64,000 nucleotides of DNA. It comes from Ignavibacteriales bacterium (GTDB taxonomy: Bacteria > Bacteroidota > Ignavibacteria > Ignavibacteriales > SURF-24). Location: NCBI GenBank assembly GCA_003599415.1, contig QZKB01000148.1:40181-104180 (forward strand), given 5' to 3'. Shown piece by piece: positions 10,237 through 19,315 of the stretch. Within the stretch, counting starts at the first letter, position 1. Each line of letters starts with the position of its first letter. A program made the translations under genes and the position numbers. The notes beneath the pieces are model-generated. The model did no database searches. It had not been told where the DNA came from and was given only the letters and a program-made list of their open reading frames with translations.

Positions 10237-13164
10237 TTACTTAATCAAAATCATTTTCTTTGATGCTATATATGAACCTGCCCGCAAGGTGTAAAAATAA
10301 ATTCCACTTGATAAACTGCTTCCATTAAATTCAACATCATATGTCCCGGCAGATAATTCTTTGTTTATTAAGGTGATTATTTCTTTACCAAGAATATTGT
10401 ATATACGTAGAGACGTCATATATGACGTCTCTACCGCTGGTAACGTAAATTTTATTGTTGTGGTTGGATTAAACGGGTTGGGATAATTCTGCTCAAGATT
10501 GAATGTGAGATTTTTGCTGCTTTCAGATTCAAGTAAGGTTGGATTTCCATTTCCATACGCTTCAACTCCAAACCATAATGTTTTTTCATTGCTCAGATCA
10601 AACTCAACTAAAAAATTATTTGGCAAAACCGGGTGATGCATTCTGAATGTTCCCTTTTCCTTGCCTGTATTATCAAGCGGAATCACTTTTAATGAATCTG
10701 CGGACACATTAAGATTCAACACAATTACGGTTGGTTTAATCTGGGTTGGAGTCCTGCCCCAATTATTGTGGAATGTTGTTGTGCCGTCCCAAACCATACC
10801 TGTATTTTGTGTTACAGTAGAAATTGTAATAAGAGATTTATCAGAAACAAAAATTGAATCATCAGTTAACGAAACCCAAGTTATGGTAGCAAAATCATCC
10901 GCACTCTTTATCTGAAGATTGCCTGCTTTGGAATTTATAAAGTTGTTAAGGAAACCGCTTACACCAATAAATTTCTCTGTTGTAACAGTTATCAGACCAT
11001 TTGTATTCCAGATAATTTCATCAGTATCCGACACATAAGGACTTGCCGGTTCCTGCTGGTAAGCTGAAAAATCTGTTGGCGCTGCACTATTAAAAGATTC
11101 ATTCCTGAATGAATGTATTAAAGATAATTTTTTGTTAAAGAAAGAAGGGCCATACCAATCTCCGGTTTCGTACTTCGGTAAGAGATTAATCATTTCATTA
11201 CTGAAGTTTAGTTTAATTGTTTCTTTAGCCGGGGCAATGAAACCATTCCTGTATGCATAAGCGCAGGAAGGTATCAACGCCATTACAGCGTTATTGCGAT
11301 GAATACTAAAATAGCTGTCAACTCTGTCTGCTATCCATTCTGATCCGCCGTTGTAATCGAAATACATTACAGCATCAGTATTATGAAATGATGAATAGGC
11401 TGTAGTAAAAATTAATCCTTCAGTTTGGTAACGGTTAGGGAAGCAGTAATTTATTTCGCTAACAGTAAAAGGTTTACCTACGGAAGCCACACCGGCAAAA
11501 ACAGATGTTGTTCCCGTTGAAGACGATTTTACCATCGGCTCATTTGAAATTAACCAATCTGTTGATGACCAGGGTTCATTAGGAAACTGAGGATGATCCC
11601 AGTATGTATGATTATCAATGTAATCTAATTTAGATTGCGAAACCAAATCACCAGGACCAACATTCCAGTTGGTACCTACAATCGGCACTTTAACCTTAAG
11701 TGTATTTTTTAAGTAATCTTTCATTTCAGCATAAAAGTCATCCTGCAGCTTAATATAGAATGATGAAATATCTGCAATTCTTGCATCGGTATAAGTTACA
11801 CATTCTGTGTAGTCAATCCTTTTTACATTTCTGCTTTCGATTGATTCTCCTGCGATTAAACCTGTCATACCGGTAATACCAAGTTTAATGATGTCAAACC
11901 AATACGTACCAAGATTATTATTAAATGAAAATGATAATCTTCCGGTGTTTATTGTTTCGCTTGCTTTGAAGCTGAAAGAATAAATTTTCCAGTCTGTTGT
12001 AACACCAAAACTTTTAGAGCCGTAAGTAGTGTAAGGGCTATCATCACGCATTATTGAGACGGAAATGGATTTGTTAGCGTCTGTCCTTGCGGCAAATTCA
12101 ACTGTGTAAAGAGAATCTTTTTTTAATTTTATGTTTACCTGCTTCCATTGAATATGCCAGCTTGTGCCTGTTGTTTTTGTTACAGTGATTTTTGCAGATT
12201 TTAATCCTTCATAAGGATTTACAATATCTTTGCTCTGAGAAGCCGAGGCTGATTCGTGCAGTTCAACAATCCAGTTTGAGATTGTTGTGCCTGTTTCAAA
12301 GTTGCCGTCAACAATTTGATTTACAAAGTTTCCGATGCTAGCGCCTGCATTCCAGGCTGCAGCAATGTTTTGAGTAGAGGTATACTTGTCAGATAAAAAT
12401 TTATTCCAGAGGCTATCCAGCATGTGGTTGTGCCGCCAGATTAATTTTCCTCCGTCACCAAATGTTTTTAAATTTCCGTCCCGCCACATTCTGTATAGTG
12501 AATTTTCATTTACAATTTCTACCATTGCCATTACAGGATCATCTACCAATGGAAGGATTGTGTAAGGATTAATGTGAGTTAAAAGCTGTTCAGCATATTC
12601 TTTCTCAAGTTGAATAAGATAAGGATCAAATATAGTTACGCCTTTTGCGTAATCGGGAATTGAATCCGCATACTGAATTCCGTCTGTTACTTTAAACGGT
12701 CTTGATACATTCAGATTCATATTTATATACACGCCGTTTTTCTTCAACTCTGCAATATTGTTTTCAAGCAAATCAAGGTTGAACGGATTGAGCGATCTTG
12801 TATTTACCGCGTCACTAAATAAACTTTTACTGCTCCATGGGTTATCAAGATGATGGAGCCTCATCAGGTTGAATCCCATTTTTCTTATTCGTCCTGCAAT
12901 CATTGCAGCCTTGTTATAATCAGGAAATGCGCCGTCACCTGCCATGTTCCCACCCCAGAATCTTATTCGCTCTTCACCGGATGCAAAATTTCCGTCAGAG
13001 TTAATTGAAATGAAATTTTTTATTTCTTTAACGGGAAATTGCGGCAGGAATTTCTGGGTGGTTGTATCATTCCATGGTAAATTAAAATTAAACCCGTTTG
13101 AAAAGTTTTGTGATAAAATAAAACTGTTCAGAAAAAATATTACAGTAAAAATTTTTTTAATCAT
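10237..13164 (-). CDS. T9SS-secreted clan GH-A glycoside hydrolase with an internal CBM4-like module (GH148-like beta-glucanase)
   Basis: RFWGGN, RLHHLD, acid/base-like NENSL; central CBM4_9-like insert (DGNFE...W...WHIQWKQ...YTVEFAAR...WKIYSFSF...YWFD); IDNHTYWDHP; nucleophile-like VSEINYCFPNRY; T9SS CTD. Confidence 0.7.
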   Translation of the reverse strand: MIKKIFTVIFFLNSFILSQNFSNGFNFNLPWNDTTTQKFLPQFPVKEIKNFISINSDGNFASGEERIRFWGGNMAGDGAFPDYNKAAMIAGRIRKMGFNLMRLHHLDNPWSSKSLFSDAVNTRSLNPFNLDLLENNIAELKKNGVYINMNLNVSRPFKVTDGIQYADSIPDYAKGVTIFDPYLIQLEKEYAEQLLTHINPYTILPLVDDPVMAMVEIVNENSLYRMWRDGNLKTFGDGGKLIWRHNHMLDSLWNKFLSDKYTSTQNIAAAWNAGASIGNFVNQIVDGNFETGTTISNWIVELHESASASQSKDIVNPYEGLKSAKITVTKTTGTSWHIQWKQVNIKLKKDSLYTVEFAARTDANKSISVSIMRDDSPYTTYGSKSFGVTTDWKIYSFSFKASETINTGRLSFSFNNNLGTYWFDIIKLGITGMTGLIAGESIESRNVKRIDYTECVTYTDARIADISSFYIKLQDDFYAEMKDYLKNTLKVKVPIVGTNWNVGPGDLVSQSKLDYIDNHTYWDHPQFPNEPWSSTDWLISNEPMVKSSSTGTTSVFAGVASVGKPFTVSEINYCFPNRYQTEGLIFTTAYSSFHNTDAVMYFDYNGGSEWIADRVDSYFSIHRNNAVMALIPSCAYAYRNGFIAPAKETIKLNFSNEMINLLPKYETGDWYGPSFFNKKLSLIHSFRNESFNSAAPTDFSAYQQEPASPYVSDTDEIIWNTNGLITVTTEKFIGVSGFLNNFINSKAGNLQIKSADDFATITWVSLTDDSIFVSDKSLITISTVTQNTGMVWDGTTTFHNNWGRTPTQIKPTVIVLNLNVSADSLKVIPLDNTGKEKGTFRMHHPVLPNNFLVEFDLSNEKTLWFGVEAYGNGNPTLLESESSKNLTFNLEQNYPNPFNPTTTIKFTLPAVETSYMTSLRIYNILGKEIITLINKELSAGTYDVEFNGSSLSSGIYFYTLRAGSYIASKKMILIK
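10407..10434. repeat. 28-bp perfect GTAG-type REP-like palindrome inside the CTD coding region
   Basis: GTAGAGACGTCATA|TATGACGTCTCTAC is its own reverse complement; encodes VETSYMTSL in frame. Confidence 0.85.
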
Positions 13165-13248
13165 AAATCAGTCGGTAATGTTTAGTTTTGTTCCTGATGT
13201 AAAATTGAATTCCCTGTTCGGACTTAATTATTCTTGTGGTATTTGTAT

Positions 13249-15807
13249 TTATTTCATCAAAACCATTTTTTTCGATTCTATATATGAACCTGCCCGCAAG
13301 GTGTAAAAATAAATTCCGCTTGAAAGGTTACTACCATCAAAATTAACTTCGTATTCTCCTCCCGGATTTTTTTCATTTAAAAGAACAGCAACCTCATTAC
13401 CAAGTATATCAAAAATCTTTAATGTTACATTTTGTAAAGACGGGGCATGCCCCGTCTCTACATGTGGAATTGTAAATTTTATTGTTGTGGTTGGATTAAA
13501 CGGGTTCGGATAATTCTGTGATAAGAAATATTTTTCCGGCTTGTTATTATCAGTTTCATCAACAGAGGTGCCGGTATCATTTTTTCTTCCCGGTGTACCA
13601 TAATTTAAAGAAGCCATCCAGTTGGTGGCAACCGAATTATCACTAAGCGGATCAATTAATGCAAGCGTAGCTCCTGTCCCGTCCGCTTCAACAGGCCATG
13701 GAGAATTATCATCGAAAGTAAGCGAATCAATTATTCCTAAATTCCAGTCGAACAATCTTATTTTTTCTCCGCCGTTGTTCAACCCGAAATTAAAATCGCC
13801 AAGTTTGTTTTTAACTGACGGAAATGCAAGTGAGAACTTTGCTGTATCTCTGCATACAACCAAATAATCATTCGCTTTTATTATTGTGTTGGCAGGAAAA
13901 GCAAATGTGTGAGCATCATCTTCATCTTTAAATATCCAACCGGAAATATCGGCATCAATTGTATCTGTATTGTATAATTCAAACCAGTCTTCACAATCAA
14001 GTTCCGCTGAAGGATTATAATTGATTTCGTTTATTACAACTTTGTTAGTATAATCGCTGTCTGCTTCAAACACTGCTGTAGCAGAAAAAGCGGTTTCGGT
14101 TGGTAATGTAATAGTTTCCTTGTTGCCTCCTTCAATTCCATTCCACTCCTTAAATTTATAACCCGGTTTAGCTATTGCGGTTAATGTTACGGGATTTCCT
14201 TTATAATAGAATCCGTACCATGGAAATGAATTAAGCTCAAGCGAATTTAATTTTATCTTTCCTGCTGTCGCATCGGAAAGATTCAGGTAAACAAGCAACG
14301 TTGAATTAATCTTAAATTGATCTTTAAAAAATCCGGACAGGTAACCGATTCTCTCATCTGCAAATTTTTCAAGTTTTGCTACATTAGCGTTCCAGTTGTC
14401 AATATCGCCGCCCCATCGTTCAATGTGTTCAGGCATTTCCTTTTCAATACCTGTTTTCAACCTTTTGATAACTTTCTTAACGTTCTCTGCTTTAAATATT
14501 GTATTTGAAAAATCTGCAAACCGATTGATAAAACTTGTTTTAAATTCTTCATTAAGCAATAACCGTCTTAATAAGAGAGTAGACCATGGCGGATTTGGCC
14601 AGCTTGGTCCGTTTGCTTCCAAAGCAAATTTCAGAGTATTGTGTGTGGCTCCCTGATTGAAAAGACCGAACCCGAAATCTGTATCGTATAAAATCCATCG
14701 CCACTTGCCGTCGTCTTTCTGCGGTCTCCAGAATTTAATATTGTTACTCGGCCAGTCTGTATTTCCAAAATATATCTCGGCAATTGTATAATTAATAAAC
14801 TCATCCACATCCATTCTTAATTTTACAAACTCATAGTTAAGTTGCTGGCTCATATCTTTCTTGGAAATAAAATCCAGCAGGGCTTTGTAATGAGAATTAC
14901 TTCCTTGTATTACAGTTGCGTTACCTTCAAGAAGGTCAAGACTATCCGGGTTAACGTTGTGGTGCGATGCAAGGTAATGCTCATTTACTTTTTCGCGGAT
15001 GTTATGGATTCCCCAGTACTTTCCGTTCAGGTAAACAATGGCGGGGCGGTAAGCAAGCATATCAATATCTTTATTCCTTACGAGAGTATGCATTAAACCG
15101 TCTCTGAACAAAGTATAACTCCAGTCGTTCCCTCCATTACGGAGAATAAAGCTCTCGAACTTATCAATCTCAAGATCAGGGAAGATTTGATATTTTATTT
15201 TTCCGGTGCCGTAAGTGTTGCGTGCAAAAACAGCAAGTGACTTTTGCGGCTGTGCCCTGCTCCAACCACCAAATATTTTTACTCCTGCATCAATACTAAA
15301 GGCCTGTGTTCCATCCGGTTCATACATTTCAATATGGATTGGCTTTTCCCAATCCTGCCAGAAGTTTGCGCCGAAGTTTGGGTTTGCTGTTTCTGCACTG
15401 TCACCCAGGACGTAGATTCCAAAATCATTATCCCAGAGATTAGGCGGATTTGTTGTAATCGATACGGTTGGCAGATCCGTTGGATTGTTTATTATATATG
15501 TGTTTGTAATTGTATTGCTTGATGTTGTATCATTTAAAAAAGATTTGGCTCTTACAACGGTTGTTTTATTTAAAGTGATTGGCGAATTGTATTTATATGA
15601 TTTTGTTGTCGGCTCTGAGCCGTCGCTTGTAAGATAAATTTTTTCATCCGGTGAGTTTGATGTGATGGACAAGGAAACCGGGACGTTAAATATTCCGCCA
15701 TTGATAGAAAAAACAGGCGGCTGCAACGTTGTATTATTTTGTCCAATGATATTATAGTTTAAAATAACTGTAAGAAAACAAGTAACCGATATTAGAAAAC
15801 TTTTCAT
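13249..15807 (-). CDS. T9SS-secreted CotH-family kinase with N-terminal Fn3-associated/CHB_HEX-like domain and lamin-tail domain
   Basis: YLTSDGSEPT; YLNGKYWGIHNIREK; NTDWPSNN (catalytic-loop-like); YDTDFGFG; LTD motifs VVINEINYN and DWFELYN; T9SS CTD. Confidence 0.85.
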   Translation of the reverse strand: MKSFLISVTCFLTVILNYNIIGQNNTTLQPPVFSINGGIFNVPVSLSITSNSPDEKIYLTSDGSEPTTKSYKYNSPITLNKTTVVRAKSFLNDTTSSNTITNTYIINNPTDLPTVSITTNPPNLWDNDFGIYVLGDSAETANPNFGANFWQDWEKPIHIEMYEPDGTQAFSIDAGVKIFGGWSRAQPQKSLAVFARNTYGTGKIKYQIFPDLEIDKFESFILRNGGNDWSYTLFRDGLMHTLVRNKDIDMLAYRPAIVYLNGKYWGIHNIREKVNEHYLASHHNVNPDSLDLLEGNATVIQGSNSHYKALLDFISKKDMSQQLNYEFVKLRMDVDEFINYTIAEIYFGNTDWPSNNIKFWRPQKDDGKWRWILYDTDFGFGLFNQGATHNTLKFALEANGPSWPNPPWSTLLLRRLLLNEEFKTSFINRFADFSNTIFKAENVKKVIKRLKTGIEKEMPEHIERWGGDIDNWNANVAKLEKFADERIGYLSGFFKDQFKINSTLLVYLNLSDATAGKIKLNSLELNSFPWYGFYYKGNPVTLTAIAKPGYKFKEWNGIEGGNKETITLPTETAFSATAVFEADSDYTNKVVINEINYNPSAELDCEDWFELYNTDTIDADISGWIFKDEDDAHTFAFPANTIIKANDYLVVCRDTAKFSLAFPSVKNKLGDFNFGLNNGGEKIRLFDWNLGIIDSLTFDDNSPWPVEADGTGATLALIDPLSDNSVATNWMASLNYGTPGRKNDTGTSVDETDNNKPEKYFLSQNYPNPFNPTTTIKFTIPHVETGHAPSLQNVTLKIFDILGNEVAVLLNEKNPGGEYEVNFDGSNLSSGIYFYTLRAGSYIESKKMVLMK
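13434..13461. repeat. 28-bp GTAG-type REP-like palindrome (1 mismatch) inside the CTD coding region
   Basis: GTAAAGACGGGGCATGCCCCGTCTCTAC; encodes VETGHAPSL in frame. Confidence 0.85.
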
Positions 15808-15824
15808 GAATGTACACCAGAATT

Positions 15825-16496
15825 TTAAAAATGTTCTTCGTCAAAAAAGAGATTTATGTGCTCAATGCCGACAATATTTTTTAAGTCTCTTAAAAACTCA
15901 TTGTTTTTATCTTTATTCCGCAATTGGACGTAGTAGGACAATTCCAATCCCTCTTCGCTGCCGAGTGATTTAACGTTGATCAGTTTATAGCTTTTACAAT
16001 ATTTCTTTATCACTTTCTGATACGGAACTTCATTTGAATCATCTGTGTAGTAAAACTGCAGCAGGTATTCTTCACGTGTTGAGGGGAGTGAGTTGAACTT
16101 TGACAGTGCAAGCAGAACGACCCCAATAAAGATTGTTCCGGCAATTGCTATCGACAATAATCCAACGCCTGTTGCCATACCGATTGCGAGCGAGTAAAAA
16201 ATAAAAACTATATCGAGAGTATCCTTAACCGCGGTTCTGAATCTTATAATAGACATTGCTCCGACTAATCCAAATGCGCGGGCAAGATTATTTCCTATTA
16301 CCATAATTACGATTGTGGTTATCAGTGACAAGGTAATCAGGGAAATTACAAAGGAATTTGTGTAGCCGGTGCCCTTGTAAGATGTCTTGTAAAAGAAAGC
16401 AATTATTAACCCGCACAAAAACGAAACAATTAAATTTGCAAAGACATCGCCGAACGAAACTGAGAAATTAACAATACCTTGAAATTCCCGGGACAT
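15825..16496 (-). CDS. DUF4956 membrane protein (about 4 TM helices plus a soluble ACT-like C-terminus)
   Basis: Hallmark IGNNLARAFGLVGAMSIIRFRTAVKD; hydrophobic N-half; starts 2 bp after the VTC gene stop. Confidence 0.85.
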   Translation of the reverse strand: MSREFQGIVNFSVSFGDVFANLIVSFLCGLIIAFFYKTSYKGTGYTNSFVISLITLSLITTIVIMVIGNNLARAFGLVGAMSIIRFRTAVKDTLDIVFIFYSLAIGMATGVGLLSIAIAGTIFIGVVLLALSKFNSLPSTREEYLLQFYYTDDSNEVPYQKVIKKYCKSYKLINVKSLGSEEGLELSYYVQLRNKDKNNEFLRDLKNIVGIEHINLFFDEEHF

Positions 16497-16498
16497 TT

Positions 16499-17290
16499 TC
16501 AGATAGCTTCCTTACGTGAGATTTTATCCTTCCAAACCGGGTTGCCCAGAGCAAGAAATTTTTTATTTGACGTTGGTCTCAGTTCTTTATCGGCATCAAT
16601 GCAAATTGAATATTTTGAAACTGCTAACCGTATTAACTGGAATTTATTAATGATCTTTGAGAAGTGTTCCGGAAAGCCCTGGTAAAACTTCATCTCAAAC
16701 ACGAAATGATTTTTAATTGCAGGCTTCAGAATATTATCTTCATACAAATCGGCAAACAACGGAAGGGAGTAGTACCTTAGATTTTTGTCAAAAGTTATTC
16801 TGATGTTAGTGTCGAACCTGGAAAAGTATGCTTCACGTTCATACACAACAAGAGAGATCGGTTTTAATAATTTTTTGTTAACGTGGAAAAAGAATCTTTG
16901 TGCGTTTTTAATTGAATCCGCATCACTTTGAATTATGTAACTATCAAGATCGCCGGTATAAAAAATATCATCAAGATTTTTATAGTAAATTTTTGAGCGA
17001 TGCTTGTCAATAAAATTTTCTCTTTTCCTTTTTATCTCAAGAAATACAACGCAGTCGTCCATAAATTTATTATAACCGCGGATTCTTAATTTCTTGCGGA
17101 TTTTCAATCCTTCAATCTTTTCATGGTAAAAATCAAGATTGGGTGAATCGTAATAAATACTTCTAACAGTATATTGATTATTCTCGCAGGCCGAAGCAAA
17201 TCTATCTGTTTCCACGAACGGCAACATTTCATTGCGGATATCGTCAAGATATTTATTTGGCACAAGATATTTATATTCCCGGCGCAGCAA
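16499..17290 (-). CDS. VTC-domain (CYTH-like) polyphosphate polymerase domain protein
   Basis: RREYKYLV, YTVRSIYYDS, KLRIRGY, VFLEIKRK, YEREAY, RITFD, FEMKF, SKY motifs; TTG start with an AGGA-like RBS. Confidence 0.85.
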   Translation of the reverse strand: MLRREYKYLVPNKYLDDIRNEMLPFVETDRFASACENNQYTVRSIYYDSPNLDFYHEKIEGLKIRKKLRIRGYNKFMDDCVVFLEIKRKRENFIDKHRSKIYYKNLDDIFYTGDLDSYIIQSDADSIKNAQRFFFHVNKKLLKPISLVVYEREAYFSRFDTNIRITFDKNLRYYSLPLFADLYEDNILKPAIKNHFVFEMKFYQGFPEHFSKIINKFQLIRLAVSKYSICIDADKELRPTSNKKFLALGNPVWKDKISRKEAI

Positions 17291-17477
17291 TATCCTGTTC
17301 CCAAAGAGAAATTAAAATTTGATTCGTAAACCTTTTCATTTTAGCAGCTGTAAATTTTATTTTACAGAAAAATCCTTTCAATTACCTTTTTACAGGTCTA
17401 ATATAACTAAAAATATGTGTTATATATAATTGAAAAAATCACCCCGATCTCTGCCGCAAAGAATATTATCCGAAATA

Positions 17478-19286
17478 CTATTTGAGTACAAGAAGCTTTC
17501 TTGTTAAAGATTTATTGCTACATCGCAAAGTGTAAAAATATATGCCGGAAGAGACTGTTGTATTCGATTCATTTTTTGAATCCCAGGTAATCATATTCTC
17601 TCCCGGGAGAGATAAATCGATATGTTTTGAATAAATTGTCTTCCCGAGTGCATCAAATATATAAAAATCGAGAGGTGTTTCCTTAGCTACATTATATTTT
17701 ATTATTGTTCTTCCGTTAAAAGGATTTGGAAAATTCTGGTGAAGCTGGAATTCATCGGGTACAATATTTCCTGTTTCAATTTCACCGGTTGATAACTGAT
17801 CAATTATAATTCCGTTTAGTAAAGTATTATCAATTTCAGCCGCAAAATATAAATCAAGAATTTCATCGGTTACGTGTATGTTTTCAAACGTAAGTACATA
17901 AGCGTTATTTTTACCGGCAACCTGGAATACATCCAGGTTATCTGCACTTAAAGAATCCTCGATATAAATATCGAATACTCTGCTCCCTGCAGTTGAAAAA
18001 TAATTTTCGCTTAACAGCAGTTGTAACTTATATAAACCATTCGGCACTCTTACTTTGTATGCAACCAGGCCATATTGTTCAGACTGAAAGATAGAATCGT
18101 CCTCTGTGTTATTTATTTGTGTTTCGGCAGGAACTTCCGAAGTCGAACCTTCACAATAACCATATTCTGTTGTTTCATTGAATCTTTGATCGGGCAGAAA
18201 TCCCATTGCTTCCGGACCGCCGATGTTTATTTTAACAGGAAAACTTAACGGCTTAGACATATTAATGCTTACTGCTCTTAAGGTGCTTGTATTTGGGGGA
18301 ACAAAAAGGTCTTTTATGCCAGCGTAAGTTATCAGGTTATATGATTTGTTGAGATCAAGATTTGATGTAAAGAGGAGCATGGTTTTTTTATCATCTTGAA
18401 GACGGACGCTGTCTATTGTTACTCCGCTAACAAGATAAAGATTTTTATTTTCGGCAGAAGTTTTATCAAGTTCTTCAGAATATTTTGCTACAAACCTGCC
18501 GGGTTCCGCTCTAACCCAAAGCAGGTATGGAGGTTTTACATCTGTATACCCGATGTTAGTGTTATTTGTTAAGCAAAGAATTAGCTTGCCGTCACTGAAC
18601 ACGGCATTATCATGAATGAATGAGCAATTGTTACCGTTCCATGTATGTGTTCCTTTCTCCCACTTTGTCTCATCCCAGGAATCCAGGTTATCAGTCCAAA
18701 GATGCGTGAAGTTATTTTGGGAACCATAACTGCCTGTGCCCGGGGTATATGAATAGTAACTTACAAAATCATAATAGGCGAAGGCAGGCAGTGCATTTTC
18801 ATTCCATGTACCTACCCAGTTATCATAAGCCGGGTTCCAGATATTCATCATTATTTTTTGAGGATGAACCAATGTGCTGATATGTTCACCCGTCTGACGA
18901 TAAACTTCTTCACCGTCAATAAACCATGCAACATAATCAGGTGTCCACTCAAAAGCGTAAGTGTGATAATCTAAAGACGGGTTGAAATTAACGGGCTGTG
19001 AACGTACATGATTTTTTTGTCCCGGAGTTATTGTATTGAATTGAATATTGTTCTCATAGCGGCCGAGTATTTCAATATCAATCTCGTTCCAGTTGCTTGT
19101 GCCAACACCATCGTAATAAGTAAAAAAGGAAGCAAGCATTCCATCTCTTTGTGCCGCTTTAATCTTAGCCTCGAACCGGCCGTAGGTATAAGCTTCTTTT
19201 GTCCTGTACTCTGCGCCGTAATAATCCTTTGCATGTAAAAATCCCGTAAGAGACACTAATAAAAATAAAATGATTGCTTTTTTCAT
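17478..19286 (-). CDS. T9SS-secreted GH16 beta-1,3(4)-glucanase with Ig-like and malectin-like domains (copy 1)
   Basis: Catalytic WNEIDIE; YGRFEAKIK; YHTYAFEWTPD; malectin-like KINIGG...ENYFSTAGSRVFDIYIE; CTD. Confidence 0.9.
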   Translation of the reverse strand: MKKAIILFLLVSLTGFLHAKDYYGAEYRTKEAYTYGRFEAKIKAAQRDGMLASFFTYYDGVGTSNWNEIDIEILGRYENNIQFNTITPGQKNHVRSQPVNFNPSLDYHTYAFEWTPDYVAWFIDGEEVYRQTGEHISTLVHPQKIMMNIWNPAYDNWVGTWNENALPAFAYYDFVSYYSYTPGTGSYGSQNNFTHLWTDNLDSWDETKWEKGTHTWNGNNCSFIHDNAVFSDGKLILCLTNNTNIGYTDVKPPYLLWVRAEPGRFVAKYSEELDKTSAENKNLYLVSGVTIDSVRLQDDKKTMLLFTSNLDLNKSYNLITYAGIKDLFVPPNTSTLRAVSINMSKPLSFPVKINIGGPEAMGFLPDQRFNETTEYGYCEGSTSEVPAETQINNTEDDSIFQSEQYGLVAYKVRVPNGLYKLQLLLSENYFSTAGSRVFDIYIEDSLSADNLDVFQVAGKNNAYVLTFENIHVTDEILDLYFAAEIDNTLLNGIIIDQLSTGEIETGNIVPDEFQLHQNFPNPFNGRTIIKYNVAKETPLDFYIFDALGKTIYSKHIDLSLPGENMITWDSKNESNTTVSSGIYFYTLRCSNKSLTRKLLVLK

Positions 19287-19315
19287 AACGGTAAATCCAT
19301 CTGTTATTTATAAAA

